From: Alphaproteobacteria bacterium
GTDB lineage: Bacteria > Pseudomonadota > Alphaproteobacteria > Bin95
NCBI GenBank assembly: GCA_963665325.3
Contig: CAXXWS020000002.1
Span: 384,001-448,000, forward strand
DNA: 64,000 bases
Direction: 5' to 3'
The notes beneath the pieces are model-generated. The model was not told the origin of the DNA. It saw nothing but the letters and a program-made list of their open reading frames with translations, and searched no databases. The stretch's first letter is position 1, and each line of letters begins with the position of its first letter. This document shows positions 21,525 through 31,297 of this stretch, piece by piece. Position numbers and translations under genes: made by a program.

Positions 21525-22346
21525 CTATGCTTCGCTGCCGTGGCAGCCGAACAGATCTCCCGTCGGAGGAGCCGGGACGAGGCTGCACCAGATCGGCGTA
21601 TGGTCGGAAGCTTTCGGTCGGCTGCGGGGGATCGTGTCGATATCGCACTCCTCCAGCCGGTCCAGCGCCGCCGGCGACAGCAGCAGGTGGTCGATGCGGA
21701 CGCCTTCGCCCCTCTGCCAGCGGCCGCGCTGGTAGTCCCAGAAGGTGAAGGCGCCGCTCTGCCGCGCATGGAGCGACCGGAAGGCGTCGGCCCAGCCGAG
21801 ATAAAGGATTTCCCGGAATGCCCGCCGGCTCTCGGGCCGGTAAAGCGCGTCCCCGGTCCAGTCGTCGGGATCGTAGCAATCTTCCGGTTCCGGAATGACA
21901 TTGAAGTCCCCGCCGAGCACGGTCGGGATCTCGTCGGCCAGCAACCGCGCGGCATGGCGTTTCAGCCGCGCCATCCAACAAAGCTTGTAGGGAAACTTGT
22001 CGCTCTCGACCGGATTGCCGTTGGGCAGGTAGATCGAGGCGACGCGCACACCGTCGAATACCGCTTCGACATAACGCGCCTGTTCATCGTCGCCGCCGTC
22101 GTCGGGCAGGCCCTCATGCACCGCCTCCGGAGCGCTCTTCGAGATGAGCGCGACGCCGTTATAGGTCTTCTGGCCAAGCACCGTCGCCCGGTATCCCGCC
22201 GCCTCGATTTCGAGGAACGGGAAGGCGTCGGCGGTGCATTTGATCTCCTGCAGCGCCAGCACATCCGGCGCGGCCGTGTCCAGCCAGTCGATCACGGCAG
22301 GCAGACGGGCCTTGACCGAGTTGACGTTCCAGCTTGCGATCTTCAT
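21525..22346 (-). CDS. xth: Exodeoxyribonuclease III
   Basis: SWNVNS, LQEIK, YNGVA, YLPNGN, GDFN, RIDH, SDH. Confidence 0.96.
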   Translation of the reverse strand: MKIASWNVNSVKARLPAVIDWLDTAAPDVLALQEIKCTADAFPFLEIEAAGYRATVLGQKTYNGVALISKSAPEAVHEGLPDDGGDDEQARYVEAVFDGVRVASIYLPNGNPVESDKFPYKLCWMARLKRHAARLLADEIPTVLGGDFNVIPEPEDCYDPDDWTGDALYRPESRRAFREILYLGWADAFRSLHARQSGAFTFWDYQRGRWQRGEGVRIDHLLLSPAALDRLEECDIDTIPRSRPKASDHTPIWCSLVPAPPTGDLFGCHGSEA

Positions 22347-22679
22347 TCAGACGGCGAAGGACGAGCCGCAGCCGCAGGAAGCCGTCGCGTTGGGGTTGTC
22401 GATCCGGAAGGCGGAACCGGCCATGTCCTCGACGAAGTCGATCTGCGCGCCTTCCAGGAGCTCCAGCGACATCTCGTCGATCACGACATCGACGCCGGCA
22501 TGGGAGAACACGAGGTCGTCCTCATTGCGCGTACCGTCGAAGGCGAAGCCGTACTGGAAGCCGGAACAACCGCCGCCCGAGACGGAGACGCGCAGCATCA
22601 CATCTGTGCCATCCTGCTGATCGAGGAGATAGGAGACGCGCTCGGCGGCCCTGTCTGAAATCTGGATCCCTGCGCTCAT
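22347..22679 (-). CDS. erpA: Iron-sulfur cluster insertion protein ErpA (HesB/IscA family)
   Basis: GGGCSGFQY, NPNATASCGCGSSF; next to xth. Confidence 0.9.
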   Translation of the reverse strand: MSAGIQISDRAAERVSYLLDQQDGTDVMLRVSVSGGGCSGFQYGFAFDGTRNEDDLVFSHAGVDVVIDEMSLELLEGAQIDFVEDMAGSAFRIDNPNATASCGCGSSFAV

Positions 22680-22685
22680 GGTGCC

Positions 22686-22736
22686 AACATACTCCAACTG
22701 ACGCCGATTATCTGGTGGCCGGGCGCGAACTGTCAA
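22686..22736 (-). promoter_or_regulatory. Putative sigma70 promoter(s) of erpA
   Basis: TTGACA (22736-22731)-N18-GATAAT (22712-22707); a second hexamer TATGTT lies 6 nt before the ATG. Confidence 0.5.
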
Positions 22737-22757
22737 TGCGGAGACGCTGCCAGGGGA

Positions 22758-23888
22758 TCAGATGCAGTAGGTCGCGAGCGGCGGCAGGCCGTTGAAGTTG
22801 ACCGAACTGTAGGAGGCCGTGTAGGCGCCTGCGGATTCGATCGCCACCTTGTCTCCGACCTCCAGCGCCAGCGGCAGCCGGTAGTTGCTGTGCTGGTAGA
22901 TGACATCCGCTTCGTCGCAGGTCGGCCCCGCCAGCACGACCGGGCCGCATTCCGCGCCGTCGCGCTCTGTGGTGATGCGGTACTGGATCGCCTCGTCCAT
23001 GGTCTCGATCAGCCCGCCGAATTTTCCGACATCCAGATAGACCCAGCGCTCCTCGTCCCGGTAGCCCTTGCGCGAGATCAGCACGATCTCGCTCTGCACG
23101 AGGCCGGCATCGCCCACCAGCGCGCGTCCGGGCTCGACGATCAGGTTCGGCATCCGGTTGCCGAAATGGCTTCGGGCCGCTGCCGCCAGCGCGAGCATGT
23201 GGTCCTCGGGGCTCGGCCCGTCCTTGCGGTAGCGGGCGGGGAAGCCGCCGCCGACATTCACCATGCCGAGCTTCACCCCGGCCTCGTCCAGCGCCGTGAA
23301 CAGCATGGCCGTCTGGCCGAAGGCCACGTCCCACTGGCGCACGTCGCGCTGCTGCGAGCCGATATGGAAGGAGAGGCCGTAGGGTTCGAGGCCGAGCCGG
23401 CCCGCCTCCAGCATGAGGTCGCGCGCCATATCGACCTCGCAGCCGAATTTGCGCCCGAGCGGCCAGTCCGCGCCTTCCCCGGTCATGACGATGCGGCAAT
23501 AGACACGGGCTCCGGGCGCGGCTTCGGCCAGCTTGTGCAGCTCGGCGGCACTGTCGAAGGCGAACAGGTCCACGCCCAGCCTGTGTGCGGCCTCGATATC
23601 GGCGGACTTCTTGATCGTGTTGCCGAACGACAGGCTCCGGGCGGGCGCGCCGGCTGCGAGACAGTCGCGGACCTCGTAGATGCTGGCGCAATCGAAGGAT
23701 GAGCCGAGCCGGACGAGTAGCGAGATGATTTCCGGGGCCGGGTTTGCCTTGACGGCGTAATAGACTGCCGCTTGCGGCAACAGGCGGGCAAAGGCGAGAT
23801 AATTGTCCCGCACGACGTCGAGGTCGATCACGAGGCACGGCGTCGGTGGCCGGGACTCGTCCAGGAATCGGCGAATGCGCGCCGTCAT
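22758..23888 (-). CDS. Ornithine decarboxylase (type III PLP, alanine-racemase fold)
   Basis: YYAVKAN (PLP lysine), FDCAS, KFG, SFHIGSQ, GGGFP, EPGR, GPTCD, GAY. Confidence 0.93.
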   Translation of the reverse strand: MTARIRRFLDESRPPTPCLVIDLDVVRDNYLAFARLLPQAAVYYAVKANPAPEIISLLVRLGSSFDCASIYEVRDCLAAGAPARSLSFGNTIKKSADIEAAHRLGVDLFAFDSAAELHKLAEAAPGARVYCRIVMTGEGADWPLGRKFGCEVDMARDLMLEAGRLGLEPYGLSFHIGSQQRDVRQWDVAFGQTAMLFTALDEAGVKLGMVNVGGGFPARYRKDGPSPEDHMLALAAAARSHFGNRMPNLIVEPGRALVGDAGLVQSEIVLISRKGYRDEERWVYLDVGKFGGLIETMDEAIQYRITTERDGAECGPVVLAGPTCDEADVIYQHSNYRLPLALEVGDKVAIESAGAYTASYSSVNFNGLPPLATYCI

Positions 23889-24085
23889 CGCATAACCCTC
23901 CCAAGGGGCTCCTAACCGCGGCTCGGGCGGCGGATAGGCAAACGACCGAAAACCGTCCGTCTTCCCGCCTGTCGCACCGATACCTCGTTACCCGCCCCCG
24001 GCTTGTCCGCCTGGGTGATTTCTTGGCACGTGGGTCATGCGTGGTGCGGCGGCGCAGCAATAGGTCCATTGCGGGTTCGGGTCAA
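23889..24085 (-). promoter_or_regulatory. Promoter and structured ~160-nt 5' leader of the ornithine decarboxylase gene
   Basis: TTGACC (24085-24080)-N17-TATTGC (24062-24057); the leader has hairpins and a 16-codon uORF (24038-23988). Confidence 0.55.
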
Positions 24086-24189
24086 GGCCGCTGCGGCTCC
24101 GTTCCTGTCCGAAAGCGCCTTCTGCCGGGCGGAGTGAGCAACCGGTTAGACGGGGCGGCGCCACGACATCGCATGACGCCACGGCCGGG

Positions 24190-25449
24190 CTAAATCGCCC
24201 CGTCGCGGCGCAGCGCGGCTACGTCTTCCTCAGAGAACCCGAATTCGGACAGCACCTCGTCCGTGTGCTCGCCCATGAGCGGCGGCGGGCGGTCTGTGCC
24301 GCGGCCCGTGTTCGCGCCGTGGAAGGCCAGATCCACATAGATGCCCTTGCCGCCGCCGAGCGCCTCCTGTCGCGCGACCGGACGGAAAGTGCCGCGATGG
24401 GCGAGCTGGTCGTCCTCGCAGGCCTGCGGCACGGAGGCCACCCGGCTCGCCGGCACGCCGGCCTCGGCGAGGCGCGCCTCCCAGGTGCCGGCATCGGCTG
24501 CCGCCAACGCCGCGATGAACGCCTTCCGGAGCGCATCCGCATTTGCGATCCGGTCCGCAAGGGTGGCGAAGCGCGGGTCGTCCGGGAGGTCCGCCAGGCC
24601 GAGCGTGCGGGCGAACGCGGCGAACTGGCCCTCTGTGGGCGCTGCCACCATCAGGAAACCGTCGCCGGTCGGGAAGGCGTCCGAAGTCGGGTTGTCGGTC
24701 TGCGACCTGTTGCCGTTCGGCCGGGGTTCCTGCCCGTTCACCTGCCAGAAGTTGATCGTCGGCGCCATGATGCCGATTGCGGTGTCGAGCATGGAAAGGT
24801 CGAGATGGTCGCCCTCGCCGGTGCGCTCACGGTGGTAGAGCGCGGTCGAGATGGCGAAACAGGCCTGCGTGGCGGTCGCCATGTCGGTCAGCCAGTACCC
24901 GGTCTTGAGCGGCTCGGCGCCGGCGGCCCCGGTGACCGCCATCATGCCGGAGGCCGCCTGGATCGAGGGGTCGTATGCGGCGGCCGGCGCGCGAGGCCCG
25001 GTTTGTCCGTATCCGGATATGGAGCAATAGACGAGGCGGGAGTTGACCTGCTTCAGCGCCTCGTAGCCGAGGCCCATGCGGTCCATCGTCCCGGCCTTGA
25101 AGTTCTGGATGAGGACATCCGCGGATGCCGCCAGCCGGCGCACGACCCCGCCCGCGCGGGGATGCTTGAGGTCGAGGGTGACCGACCGCTTGCCGGCGTT
25201 GACGGAGAGGAACAGCGTCGACATGGCATGGTCGAGGAGGCGCGGGTCCGTCGCGTGGCCGAGGCCGCGGCCCTGGTCGCCGCCGGCGCGGTTCTCGATC
25301 TTGACCACATCGGCGCCGAGCAGCGCGAGCTGCTGCGTGCAATACGGTCCGGCGAGCACCTGGGTGAAATCGATAATGCGCACCCCCTCGAGCGGCAGCC
25401 TCGCCGCTCCGTCCTGCGATTGCGCGGCGCCGTTCTCCCTCTCGGTCAT
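24190..25449 (-). CDS. CaiB/BaiF family III CoA-transferase
   Basis: PLEGVRIIDFTQVLAGP, LGADVVKIE, NAGKRS, SISGYG.TGP, YD, PPLMGEHT. Confidence 0.93.
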   Translation of the reverse strand: MTERENGAAQSQDGAARLPLEGVRIIDFTQVLAGPYCTQQLALLGADVVKIENRAGGDQGRGLGHATDPRLLDHAMSTLFLSVNAGKRSVTLDLKHPRAGGVVRRLAASADVLIQNFKAGTMDRMGLGYEALKQVNSRLVYCSISGYGQTGPRAPAAAYDPSIQAASGMMAVTGAAGAEPLKTGYWLTDMATATQACFAISTALYHRERTGEGDHLDLSMLDTAIGIMAPTINFWQVNGQEPRPNGNRSQTDNPTSDAFPTGDGFLMVAAPTEGQFAAFARTLGLADLPDDPRFATLADRIANADALRKAFIAALAAADAGTWEARLAEAGVPASRVASVPQACEDDQLAHRGTFRPVARQEALGGGKGIYVDLAFHGANTGRGTDRPPPLMGEHTDEVLSEFGFSEEDVAALRRDGAI

Positions 25450-25520
25450 CCCGTCCCTCCCTTCGTTACCGGAATCCGCTACATATACCCGTTCCATCCC
25501 CGAGAACGGAGACCCGGCCC

Positions 25521-26477
25521 GTGACAAGCGATCCCCAGACCCGGCCGCGCTATCTCGGCCTGCCGACCTTCATGCGCCTGCCCTATGCGGAGGATGTGGG
25601 CGGGGCCGACATCGCTGTGCTGGGTGTGCCTTTCGATGGCGGGGTGAGCAATCGCCCGGGAGCCCGCCACGGACCGCGCGCAGTCCGGGACCTGTCGAGC
25701 ATGGTCCGCAAGGTCAACCAGGCCACCGGGGCGGCTCCCTTCGACGCCGCAAGCATCGTGGACGGCGGCGATATCTGGACCGAGCGGGTCTATCGGCTGG
25801 AGGATGCCCACGCCGACATCGAGGCGGGATTCGCCAAGGTGCGCGAAGCCGGCGTCGTGCCGCTCTCCGTGGGCGGCGACCATTCGATCAGCTTGCCGAT
25901 CATGCGCGCCATGTTCTCCGGCGGGCCGCCCGTCGGCATGGTCCATATCGACGCCCATTGCGACACGGCCGACGACGACGGGCCCTCGCGCTTCCATCAC
26001 GGCGCTCCTTTCAGCCGGGCGGTGGAGGAGGGACTGCTGGACCCGAAGCGGACGGTGCAGATCGGCATCCGGGGCGCGCTTTTCGATCCGGACAGGTGGA
26101 AATTCAGCTACGACGCGGGCATGCGCGTGATGCCGATGGAAGAGGTTTACGAAATCGGGCCGAAGGGCGCGGCCGCGATTGCCCACGAGGTCGTCGGCGA
26201 CGGACCGACCTATCTTTCCTTCGACATCGACTGCCTCGACCCGGCCTTCGCGCCCGGCACCGGAACGCCGGAGATCGGCGGGTTCAGCACCGCAGAGGCG
26301 CTCGTCCTGCTGCGCCGGCTCGCGGGAATCGACTTCGTCGCGGGCGATCTGGTGGAGGTGTCGCCGCCCTTCGACTCCGCGGGTATTACCGCGCTCGCCG
26401 GGGCCAATCTCCTGTTCGAGATCCTGTGCCTGCTGACGGCGTCGCTCGAAGCCCGACGCAGCGCGGCGGCGGAGTGA
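25521..26477 (+). CDS. Agmatinase/guanidino-acid ureohydrolase
   Basis: GVPFD, RPGARHGP, GGDHS, DAHCD, SFDIDCLDP, PGTGTPE (binuclear metal ligands). Confidence 0.92.
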   Translation: MTSDPQTRPRYLGLPTFMRLPYAEDVGGADIAVLGVPFDGGVSNRPGARHGPRAVRDLSSMVRKVNQATGAAPFDAASIVDGGDIWTERVYRLEDAHADIEAGFAKVREAGVVPLSVGGDHSISLPIMRAMFSGGPPVGMVHIDAHCDTADDDGPSRFHHGAPFSRAVEEGLLDPKRTVQIGIRGALFDPDRWKFSYDAGMRVMPMEEVYEIGPKGAAAIAHEVVGDGPTYLSFDIDCLDPAFAPGTGTPEIGGFSTAEALVLLRRLAGIDFVAGDLVEVSPPFDSAGITALAGANLLFEILCLLTASLEARRSAAAE

Positions 26478-26487
26478 GGCGCGACAG

Positions 26488-27255
26488 ATGAACGGCGGAA
26501 GGTTCGAAGGGCGCACGGCCCTGGTGACGGGCGGGTCTCGCGGCATCGGCCGTGCCATCTGCGTCCAGCTTGCGCGCGAAGGCGCCTGGGTCGCGGTCAA
26601 CTACGCGGAGAGCGCCGATGCGGCGGCCGAAACGCTTGATCTCATGCGTGCCGAGGGCGGGCAGGGCAGCGTCTTCCAGGCCGATGTCGCCTCCTGGGAG
26701 GCCACCTCCGCCATGTTCGACGCCGTCGAGGCCGAGCGCGGCCCGGTGGACCTGCTGGTGACCAATGCCGGCGCCGCGTCCTTCCAGGACGACGGGGACA
26801 TTCCGCTGGAACTCTGGCGGCGCATCCTGTCGGTCAATCTCGACGGCACCTTCCATTGCGTCTGGCGCGCGAAGGAGGCCATGCGGGCGCGAAAGGACGG
26901 CCGCATCGTGTGTATCTCCTCGATCAACGGCATTGCGGGGAGCCGCATACGACGCGACCGCCTGATCGCCTATGGCACGTCGAAGGCTGCGGTGATCGGG
27001 TTCACGCGGAATTGCGCCAACGCCTTCGGGCCGGACATCCGCGTGAACTGCGTGGCGCCTGGCCTGATCGACACCGATATGACGAAGGACATGAGCGCCG
27101 AGATGCATGCCCGCATCGTCGGCGAGACGCCTGCCGGGCGCAGCGGCACACCCGAGGATGTCGCGGAACTCACCTGCTTCCTTCTGAGCGACGCCGCCAG
27201 CTTCATCACCGGCCAGACCTGCGTGACCTCCGGCGGGCTCGTGACGCTGCCGTAA
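26488..27255 (+). CDS. SDR family oxidoreductase
   Basis: TGGSRGIG, NAG, YGTSK. Confidence 0.92.
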   Translation: MNGGRFEGRTALVTGGSRGIGRAICVQLAREGAWVAVNYAESADAAAETLDLMRAEGGQGSVFQADVASWEATSAMFDAVEAERGPVDLLVTNAGAASFQDDGDIPLELWRRILSVNLDGTFHCVWRAKEAMRARKDGRIVCISSINGIAGSRIRRDRLIAYGTSKAAVIGFTRNCANAFGPDIRVNCVAPGLIDTDMTKDMSAEMHARIVGETPAGRSGTPEDVAELTCFLLSDAASFITGQTCVTSGGLVTLP

Positions 27256-27270
27256 CCCTCGATCGGGAGG

Positions 27271-28293
27271 CTATGCGCCGACGGTTTGCGCCGGTTCGGA
27301 CGGGCGCGGGCCGGCGCCGCGGGCGAAGCGGGCGTCGTTGTAGATCTTGACCGTGGTGGGCGCGTAGAGCGGCGGGTGCGCGGCATCGATGCAGGTGCCG
27401 ATGCAGGCGATGGGCGCGTCATAGTTGGGCCGGGTGAAATAGCCGATGGACAGCCGGCGCGAGCGGGACCGGCTCTCGGCCTCGGGCACCGCCACACGGT
27501 GCGGCGTCGAGACCCAGCGGTCGTTCGTCCAGCGCATCAGCAGGTCGCCGATATTGACGATGAAGGTATTGTCGATGGCCGGCGCGTCGATCCAGTCGCT
27601 TGCGCGCGGGCGCACCTGGAGGCCGCCGGCCGCCGCCTCGTTGCGCAGGATCGTCATCATGCCGAGATCGGTGTGGACGCCGCAGCGCAATTGGCCCGGT
27701 TCGAGTTCCCGGTCCGGCGCCGGGTAGTGCAGCAGGCGTAGCTGGCTCGCATGGCGGTCCAGCTTGTCAGCGAACCAGCCGGCGGGAAGGCCGAGCGCAA
27801 GGGCGAGATAGCGGGCGAGCCTCCCGGAGAGGTCGTCAAGCGCCGTGAAATAGGCCTTCATGGCGGGTTCCAGCGACGGAAGCACGGAAGGCCAAAGGTT
27901 GGGCGCGAAATTCGGATAGGAACGCTCGTGCGAATGGTAGCGGTCGTCCGGCCGGCCGAACGGACCGATGGCGAAGACCTCCTTGAAGTCCGGGGGCGTG
28001 TCGCCTCCGTGCATCCGGGCCAGCGTCTCCTCGCCATAGGGGATATAGCCGCGGTTCTGGTCGTGCTTCGGCCGGCGGACCGTCATCTTCGCGTCGAGCG
28101 GCAGGTCGAAGAAGGCCTGCGCGGCGTCGTAGAGCGCGGTCTGGACCGGTTCCGGAACGCCATGGTTACCGACCACAACGAAGCCGATCTCGCGGCAGAT
28201 GCCGTCGAGCTCCCGCGCAGCAGCGGCAACCGTTCCGGGGTCCTTGCTCTCGAAGCGTTCAAGGTCGAGGACGGGAATCGTGCGCGTCGCCAT
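27271..28293 (-). CDS. 2OG-Fe(II) oxygenase, isopenicillin N synthase family
   Basis: IPVLDL, GFVVVGNHG, LRLLHYP, HTD, NIGDLL.RWTND...STPHRV, RLS. Confidence 0.93.
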   Translation of the reverse strand: MATRTIPVLDLERFESKDPGTVAAAARELDGICREIGFVVVGNHGVPEPVQTALYDAAQAFFDLPLDAKMTVRRPKHDQNRGYIPYGEETLARMHGGDTPPDFKEVFAIGPFGRPDDRYHSHERSYPNFAPNLWPSVLPSLEPAMKAYFTALDDLSGRLARYLALALGLPAGWFADKLDRHASQLRLLHYPAPDRELEPGQLRCGVHTDLGMMTILRNEAAAGGLQVRPRASDWIDAPAIDNTFIVNIGDLLMRWTNDRWVSTPHRVAVPEAESRSRSRRLSIGYFTRPNYDAPIACIGTCIDAAHPPLYAPTTVKIYNDARFARGAGPRPSEPAQTVGA

Positions 28294-28423
28294 GCTGCCT
28301 CGCTCGCCGGCGGGAACGGCCCACCCGGCGCCGCCATCATGCCACGGCCTGCCGGGATTGTCTTGCAGGCGAGCCGCTGGCGCGGTAGCGCATCGAGTTG
28401 ACCCCGACGAGGAGCCTGCCCTC

Positions 28424-28921
28424 ATGCGCCTGCAAACAAGCCTTTCGCTGGACCGCGCCAATGCAATCGTCACCGAGGCCCTGCGCCTGGGGCGAGAGGC
28501 CGGTCTGCTGCCGCTGACGGTGGTCGCGCTCGATGCGGGCGGCAAGTTGATCGCGATGCAATCGGAAGACGGATCGGGGCTGCTGCGGTTCGACGTGGCT
28601 TTCGGCAAGGCATGGGGCGCGCTCGGCATGGGGATATCCAGCCGCCTCATCCGGAACCGGCTGGCGGAGCGACCCACCTTTCTGGCCGCGCTTGCCGCTG
28701 CGTCGGACGGGCGGCTGATCCCGGTGCCGGGCGGTGTGCTGGTCCAGACGGGCGAGGGCGTGACCATCGGCGCAGTCGGCATCAGCGGTGACACGTCGGA
28801 GAAGGACGAATATTGCGCCGTCGAAGCGATCGGGAGCGCAGGCCTGTTCCCGGAGCCCGCCGAGCCGGATCCGAATTGGCGCGGCTCGTCGCTGTCGGAC
28901 AGCGATCCGGCGCGGCCGTGA
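28424..28921 (+). CDS. GlcG/HbpS family heme-binding protein
   Basis: VVALDAGG, AFGKAWGA, PVPGGV, GAVGISGDTSEKDE. Confidence 0.9.
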   Translation: MRLQTSLSLDRANAIVTEALRLGREAGLLPLTVVALDAGGKLIAMQSEDGSGLLRFDVAFGKAWGALGMGISSRLIRNRLAERPTFLAALAAASDGRLIPVPGGVLVQTGEGVTIGAVGISGDTSEKDEYCAVEAIGSAGLFPEPAEPDPNWRGSSLSDSDPARP

Positions 28922-28933
28922 CCCTGGTGAGAA

Positions 28934-29758
28934 ATGCGGGTTAGGGTTGTCCCGTCCCTACTCAGCCGGGAGCGCGCGGCGATGCACGCGGTCGTCAGCC
29001 GGCTTCTTCGCCAGGCCGAAATCTGGACCGCCATAGCGCTTGTCCTGGTAGCGGGCTGGGCGTTCGTCGCCTGGATGACGCTCGACATGTCGCATCCCAT
29101 CGTCCGGTCGATGATGCCGCTCGACGCCGGATGGTCCGGGGCCACGACGGTTTCCGTGTTCGCCATGTGGGGCGGCATGATGGTTGCCATGATGCTGCCG
29201 TCGGCCGCGCCCATGATCCTGACATTCGATTCAGTGGAGCGCCGCAATACGGCGTCCGGGCAGGCAACATCGCGGTCGCTGGTCTTCGCCGGCGCCTATC
29301 TCCTCGTGTGGATCGGGTTTTCCGCGCTCGCCGCCGGCGCGCAGTGGGCATTGCAGGCGAGCGCCATGCTGACCCCGATGATCGTGAGCAGTTCGGACCG
29401 GCTGACGGCGGGGTTGCTCTTCCTTGCGGGCCTCTATCAGCTGACACCGTTGAAACAGGCCTGTCTGAGGTATTGCCGCACACCGGCCGGCTTCCTGATG
29501 GCGGAATGGCGCGACGGCATGCGCGGCGCGTTCCGGATGGGGCTGAAGCACGGCCTCTATTGCGCGGGATGCTGCTGGGCGCTCATGCTCCTGCTGTTCG
29601 TCGCGGGCGTCATGAATCCGGTCTGGATCGTGTTCCTGACCGTCGTGGTGGCGCTCGAAAAATGGCCGCGTCTGCCCATCGGTCTCACCCGGCTGTTGGG
29701 TGCGGCCCTGCTGTTCGCCGGCGCCGCGATACTGCTTTGGCCGGCCGGGACCTTGTAG
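28934..29758 (+). CDS. DUF2182 predicted metal-binding integral membrane protein
   Basis: MWGGMMVAMMLPS, YQLTPLKQACL..CR.P, GLYCAGCCWALM, GVMN. Confidence 0.88.
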   Translation: MRVRVVPSLLSRERAAMHAVVSRLLRQAEIWTAIALVLVAGWAFVAWMTLDMSHPIVRSMMPLDAGWSGATTVSVFAMWGGMMVAMMLPSAAPMILTFDSVERRNTASGQATSRSLVFAGAYLLVWIGFSALAAGAQWALQASAMLTPMIVSSSDRLTAGLLFLAGLYQLTPLKQACLRYCRTPAGFLMAEWRDGMRGAFRMGLKHGLYCAGCCWALMLLLFVAGVMNPVWIVFLTVVVALEKWPRLPIGLTRLLGAALLFAGAAILLWPAGTL

Positions 29759-29830
29759 AGTGAGCGTCGAACTGCAGCCCCGGAGGTGTACAGGGCCTCC
29801 GGGGAGACGCCAGTGCCAGGAGGCGAAGTC

Positions 29831-31261
29831 ATGAGCGACAGCACCACCGTCATTCGCAATGCGGCCTGGATCGCGGCCTGGGACGGCGACCGGCACCGCT
29901 ATCTGCGCGACGGAGACATCGCCTTTGCGGGGGACCGGATCGTGCAGGTGGGCGGCCGCTACGAAGGCGCTGCCGAGCGAAGCATCGACGGTTCGCGCCG
30001 CTTCGCGATGCCGGGCCTCGTCAACCTCCACTCGCACCCGCACACCGAGCCCGCCTACAAGGGAGTCCGGGAGGACCACGGCGTGCCGGAGATGTACGAC
30101 ACCGGCCTCTACGAACGCATGTGCGCCTTCGTCCTGGACGCGGACGGCCGCCGCGCAGGGATGGAGATGGCCTATGCCGAACTCCTGCTCTCCGGCGTCA
30201 CCACCGTGGTCGATCTCTCGGGGCCGGTGGAAGGGTGGCTCGAATGTGCGGGCCGGAGCGGTCTTCGCTATTATATCGGCCCCTATTTCGCCGATGCCGG
30301 CTGGACGCTCCGGGACCGGCACCGGCTCCGCTTCGACTGGGATGAAGCTGCGGGGCGCCGGGCCTTCGAAGCAGCCGTCCGCGTAATCGAGGAGGCGGAG
30401 CGGCATCCGGGCGGACGGCTTCGCGGTATTGTTTTTCCCGGACAGATCGAGACCTGCACCGAATCGACCTTGCGCGATGCGGCAGCGTTTGCGCGCGAGA
30501 CGGGGCGTCCGCTTACGACCCACATTTCGCAATCGAAGGTCGAGTTCCACGAGATCGTGGACCGGCACGGCAAGACGCCGCTCGAATATGCCGCCGATAT
30601 CGGCTTTCTCGGCCCCGACGCCATTCTCGGGCACGCGATCTTTATCGACGAGCATCCGGATATCCGCTGGCGCGGCGACGGCGATCTCGGCCGTCTGGCC
30701 GACTCCGGGGTATCGGTGGCGCATTGCCCGTCGCCCTTCGCCCGCTACGGACAGGCGATGGACCATTTCGGTCGCTACCGCGCGCGCGGCGTCAATGTCG
30801 GACTCGGCACCGATGTCGCGCCCCACAATCTCGCCGAGGAGATGCGCCTCGCCATCCTGCTGGCCCGCGTCATGGCGGCCGACTACCGAGCTGTGGATAC
30901 GGGCGAGATGTTCCGCGCGGCCACCGTGGGCGGGGCCAACGCGCTCGGGCGCAGCGATCTCGGCAGGCTGGAGGCCGGCGCGAAGGCGGACATCGTGCTG
31001 CTCGACCTCGACCATCCCGCCATGCGCCCGGCGCGGGACCCGCTGCGCACCTTCATGTTCGAGGCGGCGGACCGGGCGGTCCGCGAGGTCTTCGTGGACG
31101 GGCTGCCGGTCGTGGAGAACGGCAAGCCTTTGCATCTCGACGCGGAGCGGGCCGGAGAGCAACTCGAGGAATCTCAGGCGCGGATGCTCGCGGAAGCTCC
31201 CGCGCGGGACTTTCTGGGCCGCACCGGGGACGAGATCGCCCCCCATTCGCTCCCCCTCTGA
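29831..31261 (+). CDS. Amidohydrolase (chlorohydrolase/deaminase, AtzA/TrzA/SAH-deaminase-like)
   Basis: PGLVNLHSH, SGVTT, THISQS..EF, GHAIF, HCP, GLGTD, AT.GGA.ALG, GAKAD. Confidence 0.88.
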   Translation: MSDSTTVIRNAAWIAAWDGDRHRYLRDGDIAFAGDRIVQVGGRYEGAAERSIDGSRRFAMPGLVNLHSHPHTEPAYKGVREDHGVPEMYDTGLYERMCAFVLDADGRRAGMEMAYAELLLSGVTTVVDLSGPVEGWLECAGRSGLRYYIGPYFADAGWTLRDRHRLRFDWDEAAGRRAFEAAVRVIEEAERHPGGRLRGIVFPGQIETCTESTLRDAAAFARETGRPLTTHISQSKVEFHEIVDRHGKTPLEYAADIGFLGPDAILGHAIFIDEHPDIRWRGDGDLGRLADSGVSVAHCPSPFARYGQAMDHFGRYRARGVNVGLGTDVAPHNLAEEMRLAILLARVMAADYRAVDTGEMFRAATVGGANALGRSDLGRLEAGAKADIVLLDLDHPAMRPARDPLRTFMFEAADRAVREVFVDGLPVVENGKPLHLDAERAGEQLEESQARMLAEAPARDFLGRTGDEIAPHSLPL

Positions 31262-31297
31262 ACCGCGCCCGGTCCCTCGCCGGGGCGGGGCATTCTC

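Noticed and set aside
27271-29247. 658-aa fusion protein
   Set aside because: Only the part from ATG 28293 is the 2OG oxygenase; the upstream part is antisense to glcG and DUF2182
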